From Clostridia bacterium (GTDB lineage: Bacteria; Bacillota; Clostridia; Monoglobales; Firm-18): a stretch of DNA of 64,000 nucleotides. The notes beneath the pieces are model-generated. The model had not been told where the DNA came from, did not search any database, and saw nothing but the letters and a program-made list of their open reading frames with translations. The stretch's first letter is position 1, and each line of letters opens with the position of its first letter. The translations under genes were made by a program, and so were the position numbers. The DNA lies in assembly GCA_045660545.1 (NCBI GenBank), contig JAZREA010000021.1, positions 2,511 through 66,510 of the forward strand. The letters run 5' to 3'. Positions 1 through 10,068 of this stretch are shown here, one piece after another.

Positions 1-490
1 GCTCCTTGGCAACGCTTGAAGCGTTAAGGTATCTTCTTGCATGTTCGCTATAACACATATTAACATCGGATATTATATCCACAATCCTTCTGTTAGTCTC
101 CTCGGGCAAACACTCGTCAAAGCAACGGTTACCCGCTTCCATATGGAAAATCGGTATGTGCAGTCTCTTTGCTCCGATTACCGAAAGGCAGGAATTCGTA
201 TCTCCCAAAACAAACACTGCGTCGGGCTTAACCTCTTCCATCAGTTCGTATGACTTAGCGATTATGTTGCCCATAGTCTGACCCAAGTTTTCGCCAACAG
301 CGTCCAAGTAATAGTCAGGCTGTCTTAGGCCCAAATCCTCGAAAAAGACCTGATTTAGTGTGTAGTCCCAGTTTTGTCCGGTATGAACTAATATCTGGTC
401 AAAATATTTGTCACACGCCTTTATGCAGGCGCTAAGCCTGATTATTTCAGGCCTTGTTCCTATAATTGTCATCAATTTTAATTTACTCAT
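1..490 (-). CDS. fnlC: UDP-N-acetylglucosamine 2-epimerase, non-hydrolysing (FnlC/Cap5G-type); C-terminal part lies beyond the window edge
   Basis: Own translation from ATG at 490: MSKLKLMTIIGTRPEIIRLSACIKACDKYFDQILVHTGQNWDY...HMEAGNRCFDECLPEETNRRIVD, a WecB-family N-terminal signature. ATGA start/stop overlap with the upstream fnlB-type gene. Absent from the ORF track because it runs off the window. Confidence 0.85.
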   Translation of the reverse strand, partial: MSKLKLMTIIGTRPEIIRLSACIKACDKYFDQILVHTGQNWDYTLNQVFFEDLGLRQPDYYLDAVGENLGQTMGNIIAKSYELMEEVKPDAVFVLGDTNSCLSVIGAKRLHIPIFHMEAGNRCFDECLPEETNRRIVDIISDVNMCYSEHARRYLNASSVAKE

Positions 491-1638
491 TTTTGCACCT
501 CATCAAAAAAAGTGTCCGGTTTGTCAGGGTCGAAACATTCGTTGCACCACATAATTGTAACCAAGTCCTCTTTATCCGAAAGATTGATTATGTTATGAGT
601 GTACCCGGGTATCATATCCACAACCGTTATGTCCCCTCCACCAACCTCGTAGTTTACAACCTCATCTGTTCCTACCTTTCTAAGCTGTATCAGCCCGTGT
701 CCGCTGACAACAACGAACTTTTCATTCTTGGTAGAATGCCAGTGATTGCCCTTGGTAATCCCGGGCTTTGATATATTAACGCTAAACTGTCCTGCGTTTA
801 ACGTCCTTATTATCTCCGTAAAGCTTCCTCTGTCGTCAACATTCATTTTAAGCTTATACGAAAAGTCGTCGGGCTCAAGATATGTAAGATATGTTGCATA
901 AAGCTTTTTAGACAGCGAGCCGTCCGTCATATCAGGCAAGACCTTAGTCTCTCTGCTTTCCTTATACGAATATATAAGCTTAACTATCTCGTCAAGCGTA
1001 GCCTTGTGCTCGACAGACACCTTACAGAACTCGCCGTCCTTGTTTTCCCTGCCCATAAGCGCGTTAATAAGTTCGTCTACAACGTCATCAATATAAACAA
1101 GAGTCATCATATGGTTCTCATCGTTTACCTGTATGGGCAAGCCGTGTGCAATATTGTGGCAAAAAGTCGCAACCGCGCTGTTATAATTAGGCCTGCACCA
1201 CTTACCAAACACGTTGGGGAAGCGGTAAACCAAAGTTTTAACTCCATTTTCCCTGCCGTAAGCGAAAATCAAGTCTTCTCCTGCCTTTTTAGACCTGCCG
1301 TAAGGGTTGTCAAGAGCCGCCTGTATTGAAGAAGTGATAAGCACAGGCGCCTTGTTTTCGTGCTTTTTCAGCGTATCGAGCAATGTGGAGGTAAAACCAA
1401 AATTACCTTCCATAAACTCCTTTTCATCCTTTGGCCTGTTAACGCCGGCCAAATGGAAAACGAAATCGCATTTTTTACAATATTCATCCAAAAAAGACGG
1501 GTCGGTATCTATGTCGAACTCATAGATTTCGTCTATTTTTACATCATAAGCTTTATTTCTGCCGTCCTTGACGGTTTTTAAAATTTCAACAAGGTTTTTG
1601 CCGACAAATCCGTTTGCGCCCGTTATTAAAACGTTCAT
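487..1638 (-). CDS. fnlB: CapF/FnlB-type bifunctional SDR-cupin enzyme of UDP-L-FucNAc biosynthesis
   Basis: 383-aa ORF with Rossmann motif MNVLITGANGFVGKN and a C-terminal cupin-like segment ITKGNHWHSTKNEKFVVVSG. Lies between fnlA- and fnlC-type genes. Confidence 0.8.
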   Translation of the reverse strand: MNVLITGANGFVGKNLVEILKTVKDGRNKAYDVKIDEIYEFDIDTDPSFLDEYCKKCDFVFHLAGVNRPKDEKEFMEGNFGFTSTLLDTLKKHENKAPVLITSSIQAALDNPYGRSKKAGEDLIFAYGRENGVKTLVYRFPNVFGKWCRPNYNSAVATFCHNIAHGLPIQVNDENHMMTLVYIDDVVDELINALMGRENKDGEFCKVSVEHKATLDEIVKLIYSYKESRETKVLPDMTDGSLSKKLYATYLTYLEPDDFSYKLKMNVDDRGSFTEIIRTLNAGQFSVNISKPGITKGNHWHSTKNEKFVVVSGHGLIQLRKVGTDEVVNYEVGGGDITVVDMIPGYTHNIINLSDKEDLVTIMWCNECFDPDKPDTFFDEVQK

Positions 1639-1640
1639 AC

Positions 1641-2837
1641 TTATTCCTCCGTTGAATAAAAATCCAAACCTACTGACATCATCTTTTGTTTGTATTCTGA
1701 TATTGACGCCTTATTCATTCCCTTTTTGATACCCAAAAGATACTTAAAGGGGTTAACTCCGTTCCCGCGCGAGAACATAACACTAAAAATGCGCAGAATC
1801 CAAAAAGCAGGCAACAGAACAGGAGCTTTTTTCAAAACCGGATATTTAAGGCACATTCTCTTATAAGGCATAAACACCACAGTTTTAATGGTTGAAAAAG
1901 CCGAAGTTCCTTTACCGTTTTGCTCGTTATTTACAGCTAAAAAGGCTCCGTTATCCTTGCCGGTACCAAACACTCCGCTTTTAAACAAAGTTTCGGCCAT
2001 ACTTGCGCTGCCTTCGGTCCAAGGGGCACCATAAAACAAGACGTCCAGAGTGTCCCGCAAGACATCAAAAAACTTATCAAGCTTCATTATTTTGAGCTGA
2101 CTTTTTATATAATCATAGTCAAGCTCGTCTAACTTTAACTTCATAACATAAAAGTCTATAAAATGTTTAAGCCCGATTCCGCCTGTAATAAAGTGCTTTG
2201 CAAAATGCACTACCTGATAAACATAAAAGTCCTCGTTGGTCATGCTGTAACGGTGCTTGCCGTCTTCATTGATTTTAGCAAACGACCACGCCTGACGGTA
2301 GTAATCATAAAACTCCCCTATAACAGGAGCGCAAAAGAGGGTATGAAGCTCCACATAAAGCGCACCTTTTACAAACGACGTTTCGTTCTCGTGCGTTGCT
2401 GTCTTTTCAAAGCCCATATCGCTAAAAAGCTTCTTTGCTTGTTCAAACTGCTCTTTTCTGACCAAAATATCTACATCGCCCATAACCCTCATATATGCAT
2501 CAGGGTAAAGGAAACTTACAACAGAGCCCTTCATAGGCAAATAGTCTATGCCTTCCCTTTCGAAGACGTCATAAACTTTGCCAAGCTGCGACCTTTGGTT
2601 CTCGCAATAGAGAAGACACCTTAACGAGGCCATCTTAAACTGCTGCAAAACCTCGTCGTCAACATCTGTCTTTGACTTTTTAATCCCCGCGTATATAAGA
2701 GGAGCGATATTGGCACTTTGTGCAAATTTATACACTTCATTAAAATCCGCGCCATGTGGTATTTGCTCCATTTCACCTGTTATGGCGCTTTTCGCAAGCT
2801 TTATAAGCGCTTGCTTTTGTATGTTAAAATCATTCAT
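1641..2837 (-). CDS. uncharacterised nucleotidyltransferase-family protein (NTP_transf_5-like)
   Basis: ORF 1641..2897. Start placed at ATG 2837 (MNDFNIQKQ), which overlaps the fnlA stop (ATGAATGA). The motif MKGSVVSFLYPDAYMRVMGDVDILV resembles the uncharacterised nucleotidyltransferase family. Confidence 0.6.
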   Translation of the reverse strand: MNDFNIQKQALIKLAKSAITGEMEQIPHGADFNEVYKFAQSANIAPLIYAGIKKSKTDVDDEVLQQFKMASLRCLLYCENQRSQLGKVYDVFEREGIDYLPMKGSVVSFLYPDAYMRVMGDVDILVRKEQFEQAKKLFSDMGFEKTATHENETSFVKGALYVELHTLFCAPVIGEFYDYYRQAWSFAKINEDGKHRYSMTNEDFYVYQVVHFAKHFITGGIGLKHFIDFYVMKLKLDELDYDYIKSQLKIMKLDKFFDVLRDTLDVLFYGAPWTEGSASMAETLFKSGVFGTGKDNGAFLAVNNEQNGKGTSAFSTIKTVVFMPYKRMCLKYPVLKKAPVLLPAFWILRIFSVMFSRGNGVNPFKYLLGIKKGMNKASISEYKQKMMSVGLDFYSTEE

Positions 2838-3882
2838 TTTCTGCCATCCTGTTTCGGATATATTCCAACGACATAAGCTTTTCCACAACCGCATCAACGT
2901 CCAAAAGCTCTGTGTTGTTTGAATTAAACTCTGTAAGAGGGTTTCTGTCTACGTCGCCATCCTTAAAATACTTGTCGTAATTAAGGTCGCGCTTGTCCGC
3001 GGGCACACGGTAAAAATCGCCCATATCTATTGCGTTGGCACATTCCTCGTTTGTAAGCAAGGTCTCGTACATCTTCTCGCCGTGTCTTATGCCTATTACC
3101 CTGACCTTCGTCTCATCATCCTTGTCAAACAACTTCTTAACCGCAAGAGCAAGTGTTTCGATAGTGCAGGCAGGTGCCTTTTGTACCATTATGTCACCGT
3201 TTTCCGCATTTTCAAAGGCAAACAGAACAAGCTCAACAGCCTCTTCCAATGACATGATAAATCTTGTCATAGAAGGTTCTGTAACGGTAATGTCTTCTCC
3301 CTTTTTGATTTGGTCAATCCAAAGCGGAATAACCGAACCTCTTGAACACATAACGTTTCCGTACCTTGTGCCGCATATAAGGGTTGCGCCATCGCTTATT
3401 GTCCTGGACTTTGCGACAAACACCTTCTCCATCATAGCCTTTGACGTACCCATAGCATTAACGGGATATGCCGCCTTGTCGGTAGAAAGGCAAATTACCT
3501 TCTTAACTCCCGCCTCTATCGCAGCAGTAAGCACGTTTTCCGTGCCTAAAACGTTTGTTTTTACAGCTTCTATCGGGAAAAATTCGCACGACGGAACCTG
3601 TTTTAGCGCGGCCGCATGGAATATGTAGTCAACACCGTGCATCGCATTTTTAACACTTTGCAAATCGCGAACGTCACCGATATAAAACTTTATCTTCCGG
3701 CTAAGCTCCGGGAATTTCGCCTGATATTCATGTCTCATATCGTCCTGCTTTTTTTCATCTCGCGAAAAAATCCTGATTTCGCCAATATCTGTTGACAAAA
3801 ATCTGTTTAATACAGCGTTTCCGAAGGAACCCGTTCCTCCTGTGATTAACAAAGTTTTATTCTCGAACAAGCTCATATCCAA
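2830..3882 (-). CDS. fnlA: UDP-N-acetylglucosamine 4,6-dehydratase/5-epimerase (FnlA/CapE-type)
   Basis: 350 aa. N-terminus KTLLITGGTGSFGNAVLNRF and a short CapD-like SDR body. Context with fnlB- and fnlC-type genes. Confidence 0.85.
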   Translation of the reverse strand: MDMSLFENKTLLITGGTGSFGNAVLNRFLSTDIGEIRIFSRDEKKQDDMRHEYQAKFPELSRKIKFYIGDVRDLQSVKNAMHGVDYIFHAAALKQVPSCEFFPIEAVKTNVLGTENVLTAAIEAGVKKVICLSTDKAAYPVNAMGTSKAMMEKVFVAKSRTISDGATLICGTRYGNVMCSRGSVIPLWIDQIKKGEDITVTEPSMTRFIMSLEEAVELVLFAFENAENGDIMVQKAPACTIETLALAVKKLFDKDDETKVRVIGIRHGEKMYETLLTNEECANAIDMGDFYRVPADKRDLNYDKYFKDGDVDRNPLTEFNSNNTELLDVDAVVEKLMSLEYIRNRMAENE

Positions 3883-3917
3883 CCTCCAAGTATATATTTT
3901 ATATAAATAATATTATG

Positions 3918-5384
3918 CTACTTATCATTTAACCTTTTCCACAAACGAAGTATATGTTTTAAGAACGCCAAAACATAACAAACGCCCCATACTATACCTA
4001 ACATAACTACTGTTAAAATACTTTTTGTATCGACACTGACACAAAGCACCTTCATAAGCAAACACATAACGCCACCCGACAAAGCCACAGCGACCGTAGG
4101 CAATGCGAACTGCCGATAAGGTATTATATTCTTCAAACTAACTCCCAACAGTCGGGACGAGCGCACAACCTGCAAAACAGATATAGCAAGAATACTAAGT
4201 ATAGTAGCCAAAGCAGGCCCCGCAAAGCCGATTGTTTTATAAAACACAAAGCTTAGCGCAACATTTACAGCAAGGCAAATTATCGAATTATACAGTATCT
4301 CGTTTGTCCTTCCGTGAGCATTAAGCATCATTCCCCAGTAAGTTATTCTGAGCAAAAGCGTAAAAGAATAAATCCTGAAAATACCAACCCCCGCAAGATA
4401 AGTATCAGAATACAAAAGTGTTATAATCTGCGGCGCGAACACAACAGACGCGCCCACGCAAAAGGCAAGTATAATGTAGTTTAAAGACATAATGTCTTTC
4501 CATTTTTCAACGGCAACGCCCGCCTTTTTCTCCTTCACCATAAGAACAATCTGCGGAAGGAAAACGGCAGTGAAAGACGTGGATATTAAAGAAAAAGGAA
4601 GCTCTTTTCCTGCGTTTGCGTATATTGCAACCGACGACTCATCCATAAAGTATCCTATTATCAGCTTGTCTAAATCCAGACTGATTGTAGAAATCGCAGT
4701 AGACAGTCCAAGCGGTATTGTATAAACCAGAACGGCTTTTATATCCTGCCAATTTAGTCTTATATTGATTTTTCTTTCCGAAATTCTTAACGCTTCAAAA
4801 TATACTCCAAGCGCAAAAACGCACTCTATCACAACATACAAAAACAGATAAAAAGCAAAAGACCCCTCGGTAAAGCTCAAAAGCAACGATATCACAACAA
4901 GGCAAAGGCCGTTTAATATACAATAAACAACTTCCCTGTTAACATAGCCTTCTGCGACGAGCATATTGCTTCTGCTGCTTATAATCAGCTTGGTCCACGG
5001 TATAATAACCAAAAAATAAGAGTACAAAACAAGCGCAGGGTTTTTATAATAACCGGCAATCTGTCTGTTTAGCAAGGCCATACAAACCATAATCACCAAA
5101 GAAATTATCGTGACAACAGTAAAGTAAAAGCCCAAAAAATTGCCTTTTTCCTCTTTTGTTTTCCTCTGCGGCAAAAAGTAGTTAAGAGCATTGGGTAAGC
5201 CGAGAGAAAAAATCGACACTCCCAAAGACGACACTGTCAAAAGCTCTGAATATGTCCCGTATTCATTAAGCGTAAGCGCCCTTGACAAAATCATTGCCGT
5301 AACCGTTGAAAGCAACAACGTAAGCACCTTGCTGAAAACCAGAACAAACGCCTTAGTACCGGATTTATGTCCAACACTACTCAT
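3918..5384 (-). CDS. wzx: Wzx-type polysaccharide flippase (MOP superfamily)
   Basis: Highly hydrophobic multi-TM ORF. Start moved to ATG 5384 (MSSVGHKSG), which overlaps the stop of the upstream glycosyltransferase. Position within the glycan locus. Confidence 0.7.
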   Translation of the reverse strand: MSSVGHKSGTKAFVLVFSKVLTLLLSTVTAMILSRALTLNEYGTYSELLTVSSLGVSIFSLGLPNALNYFLPQRKTKEEKGNFLGFYFTVVTIISLVIMVCMALLNRQIAGYYKNPALVLYSYFLVIIPWTKLIISSRSNMLVAEGYVNREVVYCILNGLCLVVISLLLSFTEGSFAFYLFLYVVIECVFALGVYFEALRISERKINIRLNWQDIKAVLVYTIPLGLSTAISTISLDLDKLIIGYFMDESSVAIYANAGKELPFSLISTSFTAVFLPQIVLMVKEKKAGVAVEKWKDIMSLNYIILAFCVGASVVFAPQIITLLYSDTYLAGVGIFRIYSFTLLLRITYWGMMLNAHGRTNEILYNSIICLAVNVALSFVFYKTIGFAGPALATILSILAISVLQVVRSSRLLGVSLKNIIPYRQFALPTVAVALSGGVMCLLMKVLCVSVDTKSILTVVMLGIVWGVCYVLAFLKHILRLWKRLNDK

Positions 5385-6501
5385 TTTTCGTGCCACCCTC
5401 ACATTCTGTAACAATATCCAAAACCAGCTTGTTTACGTCGTATTCGTTTAAGAATCGCTCCAGGTTCGAAACATACAGGTCGTGGTTTTCGTCAATATCA
5501 TCTATCGCTTTTAATATGCAACCGACATTATCCGTATCAGCCAAAGCACCGGCACGCATCTTTCCGACAGTCGATGAAAGACCGGGTATATCACGTGCCA
5601 AAATGGGCACTCCCTTTTCGGCGTACTCGTATATTTTATTTGGCGCACAAAAAATATTATTAAGCGACGAGTCGTCGTAAGTAGCAATTCCCATATACGC
5701 CGTTTCGGTAACAAAAAGATGCTGCGGCGGATTAAGGTAGGGAATATGTACTGTATTTTCAAATTTGCTTTTTATATAAGGTATTGTATCGTGGCTTGGC
5801 GCCTTACCCAACAAAACCAAAAGATAGTCGTCTTTATTTTCCATCCTGCCCAGTGCGTCGGCAATTCTTGAAACGTCACGGTCTTTTCCTATCCAGCCCT
5901 GGTACAGAACAATCTTTTTGTTGGTTGCTTTTAGTTCGTCAACTATTTTTTGCGTATCAGGAGAAATTCCAACCTCTCCAAAGCGAGGTATGTTCGGTAT
6001 TACAACAGGGCATTTTGTAAGTCCTAACCACACCTTTAATATGTGCGCCCTGTTATATTCGGGCACTACAACGGCATTTGAGGCTTTTGCCACGTCCCTT
6101 ATGGATTTTAGAACTCCCGGACATTTGTCATAAAGTTCATAAATATTTAAAACCATAGGACTCTTGTCCTTTAAAATATCACGGCAGTACCTTGCTGTAT
6201 CCGCCGATCCAACCCAGATTAAATCATATTCGTTACTGTTTACGGCCTTTTTAACAACTTCACGAAAAAGCAGTATGTCTAAAAACTTATCGGCCTTGCC
6301 TACACCAATTTTGCACTTTTTATTTATCGTAACAAATTCCACATTAGGATATTTTAAAAAACTTCTTATGTATTCACTGGCGTTTGTCGTAACCACTTTA
6401 ACTTCATACCCATTTTCCAGCAACACCAAAACCTGCGACATACTGGGCGGCAGCGTTTCCAACTCCGGCCTTAATAAATATAGTATTTTTTTAATTTCCA
6501 T
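5377..6501 (-). CDS. glycosyltransferase (GT-B fold, GT4/GT1-like)
   Basis: 374 aa with a C-terminal donor-binding-type segment IYEYAEKGVPILARDIPGL. Overlaps its neighbours at both ends. Confidence 0.7.
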   Translation of the reverse strand: MEIKKILYLLRPELETLPPSMSQVLVLLENGYEVKVVTTNASEYIRSFLKYPNVEFVTINKKCKIGVGKADKFLDILLFREVVKKAVNSNEYDLIWVGSADTARYCRDILKDKSPMVLNIYELYDKCPGVLKSIRDVAKASNAVVVPEYNRAHILKVWLGLTKCPVVIPNIPRFGEVGISPDTQKIVDELKATNKKIVLYQGWIGKDRDVSRIADALGRMENKDDYLLVLLGKAPSHDTIPYIKSKFENTVHIPYLNPPQHLFVTETAYMGIATYDDSSLNNIFCAPNKIYEYAEKGVPILARDIPGLSSTVGKMRAGALADTDNVGCILKAIDDIDENHDLYVSNLERFLNEYDVNKLVLDIVTECEGGTKNE

Positions 6502-7666
6502 CGGATGACCCTCGCTTTATATATAACACTACAAGTGGTATTATACTGCAAATTGTGTAGTTGAATATTCCTGCGTTACCATACGACAAAATCAGCAACA
6601 CCATCATAAGCACAAACGCAAGCGGCTTGTTTTTAATTAATGATACAGACCTTTTTAAAAGAATCAGTATCGGAATCACAATAGCAAGTCCCATCAAAAT
6701 TCCGCCTCGTGCCAAAACAGCAACATACGCACAGTGGTTATCATAAGAGACGATAGAACCACCCTCGTTGGTGTACTTTATGTTACCCCAACCGGCCCCG
6801 AGGATTTTATTTTCTCTAAACAAATCAAGCCCAAGCTGCAGCTCGATATCTCTTCCCATGCTGACAAGACCGTTTTCAAACCTTTCCATCAGCGGTTCTA
6901 ATAAAAAGTCCGAAACGGGCAAAATCAAAAACACTAAAATCAAAATAAATGCCACGATAAAAGTGAAAATTGTCGCAAACGAGATTTTGCTCTTATTTAC
7001 GAACAGCTTATATATTTTATATAAAAAACTAAGGGCAAATAAAAACACAACCAGTATGCTTCGCGACCTGGACATACCAAAGACGATAATTAAAAACGAA
7101 GACAAAATGGACATAATCTTCATAACATTCCACTTTGTTTCATTTACGTTCAGTTTACCCTCATTAACAAAAAGGGCTATTGCTATACATATCGGCGCGA
7201 TGCTTCCGTCTATTATTACGGCTACACGGTTTACGCTGCCTCCCAGCAACCCGTAATACAACGAAAAAACGGCAGCCAGCACAGACGCCGCAAAGAACGA
7301 ATAGTAAAGCCTTTCTATTTTCACATCTTTGTCAGTAGTAAGGAAAAACGAAAACATAATTAAAGCCAAAACCATACCGATACTGGCTTCACTATCTGCA
7401 ACAGCAAGCTCAATACAAAGTACCGCCAAACCAAGTGGTGCGAAGAACAGTTTCTGTCTTGTTTTTATAATGCGCGGTATGTTCAAAGTGAATGACAGCA
7501 ACATAACAATTATCGCTATCGTTATAACGTTATACCCAAACACCGAAAAGCCATCCAGACATTTATATATCGGCGCAAGAAAAACAAACACACCAAGCAT
7601 AAACTGTTGTATGTCCGCAGTTGTTAAATTGTTGTTTTGTTTTTGGGTTTTTAAATAATTACTCAT
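6491..7666 (-). CDS. Wzy-type polymerase / O-antigen ligase-like membrane protein
   Basis: Roughly 390-aa, very hydrophobic multi-TM ORF. Start moved to ATG 7666 (MSNYLKTQ), overlapping the pyruvyl transferase stop. Locus context. Confidence 0.6.
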   Translation of the reverse strand: MSNYLKTQKQNNNLTTADIQQFMLGVFVFLAPIYKCLDGFSVFGYNVITIAIIVMLLSFTLNIPRIIKTRQKLFFAPLGLAVLCIELAVADSEASIGMVLALIMFSFFLTTDKDVKIERLYYSFFAASVLAAVFSLYYGLLGGSVNRVAVIIDGSIAPICIAIALFVNEGKLNVNETKWNVMKIMSILSSFLIIVFGMSRSRSILVVFLFALSFLYKIYKLFVNKSKISFATIFTFIVAFILILVFLILPVSDFLLEPLMERFENGLVSMGRDIELQLGLDLFRENKILGAGWGNIKYTNEGGSIVSYDNHCAYVAVLARGGILMGLAIVIPILILLKRSVSLIKNKPLAFVLMMVLLILSYGNAGIFNYTICSIIPLVVLYIKRGSSDGN

Positions 7667-8864
7667 ATTCCACCATTTCACAAAAATCTTGTTTAACTTT
7701 TTTTGCAATACTATAAGATTTTTCTCTTTGCCTTTTATGTATTTCAACGCCGTTTTGCTCTAATGCATCTATACAGCTTTTTGCCTTATCAAAAGTCAGC
7801 TCTTCATCTGATATTACATAGTCTAAAAGCCCGTAATCACGCATAAAATCTCTCGTTTTTTCATGGTATGCTATCGCAATTAACGGTGTGGAAGTCGCAA
7901 GAGACATAATCACGGAATGAGTTTTATATCCGATAAAGTATCTGCACGTTGAAACCTCTTTTAAATGCTCTTCGGTAGTGGTCAAAAACGGGTGTATTTT
8001 CACATCCACTCTGTTTTTCATCATACCTATAACCTTTTGTATGCTGTTTAGCTCGTGGTCGTTGTTCTCCATTCTGAAAAACTCGATTTCATAACCACGG
8101 TCCGCAAAAACGTCAAGCATTTTAGCGAGCGTCTCGTAAGTGGCAAAAGCCTTTTTAAGTCCGTCAAAAATAGAAATACCTACTTTTTTACCTCTGGCCG
8201 AAAATTCTGCAAACTCCATATCTCCAAAGCCAAACACAGAGTCATAAGTCTTTTTGACATTTATGCAGTCTCCAAAGACTTGTCTTACGCATTCAATACT
8301 GTTTTCGTCCCTTATATAAACACTGCCCGCATTTTTAAGCACATGTTCAAAAAACTTCTTGGGCTTTTCAGAAGTAAAGTCCAAAGGTCCGATAGTCTGT
8401 GAGCAAAGCACATATTTTTTAGCATAAAGGCCGATAAGTCCGATATCATATGTAAACTGGAACTGTGCATTTTTTGCCCTGATGCTTGTTATATGATGGC
8501 CGCCTGTAACTACAACCAAGTCTGCCGACTTTACCTCTTTAATAAACTCGCCCGAAACCATATTACAAAGCCTGTGCTTGCCTCCGGAAGACATAAGGCT
8601 TGAAAAGAGCAATTTGTTGATTATAAATCTGTTGACAGCGCCAATTACTTTGTTAATCAATGGGGATTTTGTCTGTTTCCTTATGGAGCGATAGCCCATC
8701 CTTATTACACGGACATTTTTATCCTCTAAATTGTCCCACAATTCAGGCCAGGTGGTAGACAGCACAACTTCATTACCCTTTGCCGTTAATTGAGATATAA
8801 CAAATTCCGCAATGGCGCGGTCTCCTTTGTTTGTCGCGGTCTGACAAGCTAACATAACTTTCAT
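7659..8864 (-). CDS. polysaccharide pyruvyl transferase family protein
   Basis: 401 aa. N-terminus MLACQTATNKGDRAIAEF and overall length are typical of CsaB/WcaK-like pyruvyl transferases. Confidence 0.7.
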   Translation of the reverse strand: MKVMLACQTATNKGDRAIAEFVISQLTAKGNEVVLSTTWPELWDNLEDKNVRVIRMGYRSIRKQTKSPLINKVIGAVNRFIINKLLFSSLMSSGGKHRLCNMVSGEFIKEVKSADLVVVTGGHHITSIRAKNAQFQFTYDIGLIGLYAKKYVLCSQTIGPLDFTSEKPKKFFEHVLKNAGSVYIRDENSIECVRQVFGDCINVKKTYDSVFGFGDMEFAEFSARGKKVGISIFDGLKKAFATYETLAKMLDVFADRGYEIEFFRMENNDHELNSIQKVIGMMKNRVDVKIHPFLTTTEEHLKEVSTCRYFIGYKTHSVIMSLATSTPLIAIAYHEKTRDFMRDYGLLDYVISDEELTFDKAKSCIDALEQNGVEIHKRQREKSYSIAKKVKQDFCEMVEYE

Positions 8865-8892
8865 GACATTTCTCCTGATTTTACCAAAATAA

Positions 8893-10053
8893 CTAAAAAT
8901 ATTTATTCTTCAACACTTGCGCCCTGCTGCACGGACCGTTATCAAACAAGCTGCCGTTTCCTCCGTGCATCAAATTTTCACACAAGGCCAAAAGCCGTTT
9001 GGCCGAATTTTCACTATTCCAGATATCGCACATGGTTTGGTACGCTTTTTCCCCGAACGAAGCCTGGACATCGGGGTTGTCGAGTAGATATTTTGTTTTT
9101 TTATACAAGTCGTCTGTGTCGCCGTTTTTATATATAAAGCCGTTCTCGCCGTCTTGCAACAAATACGGTACCGCACCAATAGCATGACTTGCCACCACTG
9201 CGCACGCGCTGTTCATCGCTTCGTTTAAGACAGCTCCCCATCCTTCGTTAAAATCGGAAGTGAACAAAAATATTTTCGACTTCTCCATCCATTCTCTGAC
9301 CTGCCCGGGATTCATCGAACCAAGCATATTAACACAATCGCTCAGTCCCGCGTCAGCTATCTGTTTTCTAAGCTTCTCTTCCAAAATCCCGTTGCCGATT
9401 AAATTTAAACTAAACGAATATCCGTCTGCTTTTAAGCGCCTTGCAATCTCGACAGGGATTTCCGGATGCTTCAAGTCTATAAGCCTCGCAACCCAAAGAA
9501 TAGAAACCGGCTGTTTGTCATTAATCAGTTTTTTTACATCATCATATTCTTTTACCTTTGGGAAGTAACCCCATTTGTATGTTTTGCCAACAAAGTTGCG
9601 CGTTTTCGCATAGTCAGCAGCAGCATACGCGCTGGCACAAAGTAAATATGTGTTTTTTGAAAAAGCATTGTTCCAATGATACTTGATTGCTCTAAGCGGC
9701 ATCTGCAACATATTTTTCCTGTTCTTATAGATGCGTTCAGAATACCTAAATACCAATTTCCCTGCTCTTATACGTTGTCTTATCAGCTTTTCAGGTGCAC
9801 TTCCTATAATTACAACATCAGCGTCGTTTATCAATTTCAGGCATTCCTCATAGTCTTGCTGACTGGTATAGCTGCATTTTACAAACGACGGTAATTCGGC
9901 GCAACCCCACCCCATATTGACACGTTCTTCCTCTATCGGCATAGTCTGAACAAACACATACTGTCCGTTTGTAAGCTCATACAACGCCTCGGACAAGGCC
10001 GCCTGATGATGATTATAATAATTTGATAAAAAAACAATCTTCATAACAGACAC
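8893..10053 (-). CDS. glycosyltransferase family 4-like
   Basis: 386 aa with a C-terminal GT-B motif, FTSDFNEGWGAVLNEAMNSACAVVASHAIG. Confidence 0.75.
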   Translation of the reverse strand: MSVMKIVFLSNYYNHHQAALSEALYELTNGQYVFVQTMPIEEERVNMGWGCAELPSFVKCSYTSQQDYEECLKLINDADVVIIGSAPEKLIRQRIRAGKLVFRYSERIYKNRKNMLQMPLRAIKYHWNNAFSKNTYLLCASAYAAADYAKTRNFVGKTYKWGYFPKVKEYDDVKKLINDKQPVSILWVARLIDLKHPEIPVEIARRLKADGYSFSLNLIGNGILEEKLRKQIADAGLSDCVNMLGSMNPGQVREWMEKSKIFLFTSDFNEGWGAVLNEAMNSACAVVASHAIGAVPYLLQDGENGFIYKNGDTDDLYKKTKYLLDNPDVQASFGEKAYQTMCDIWNSENSAKRLLALCENLMHGGNGSLFDNGPCSRAQVLKNKYF

Positions 10054-10068
10054 CTTATCCTCCTTTTG

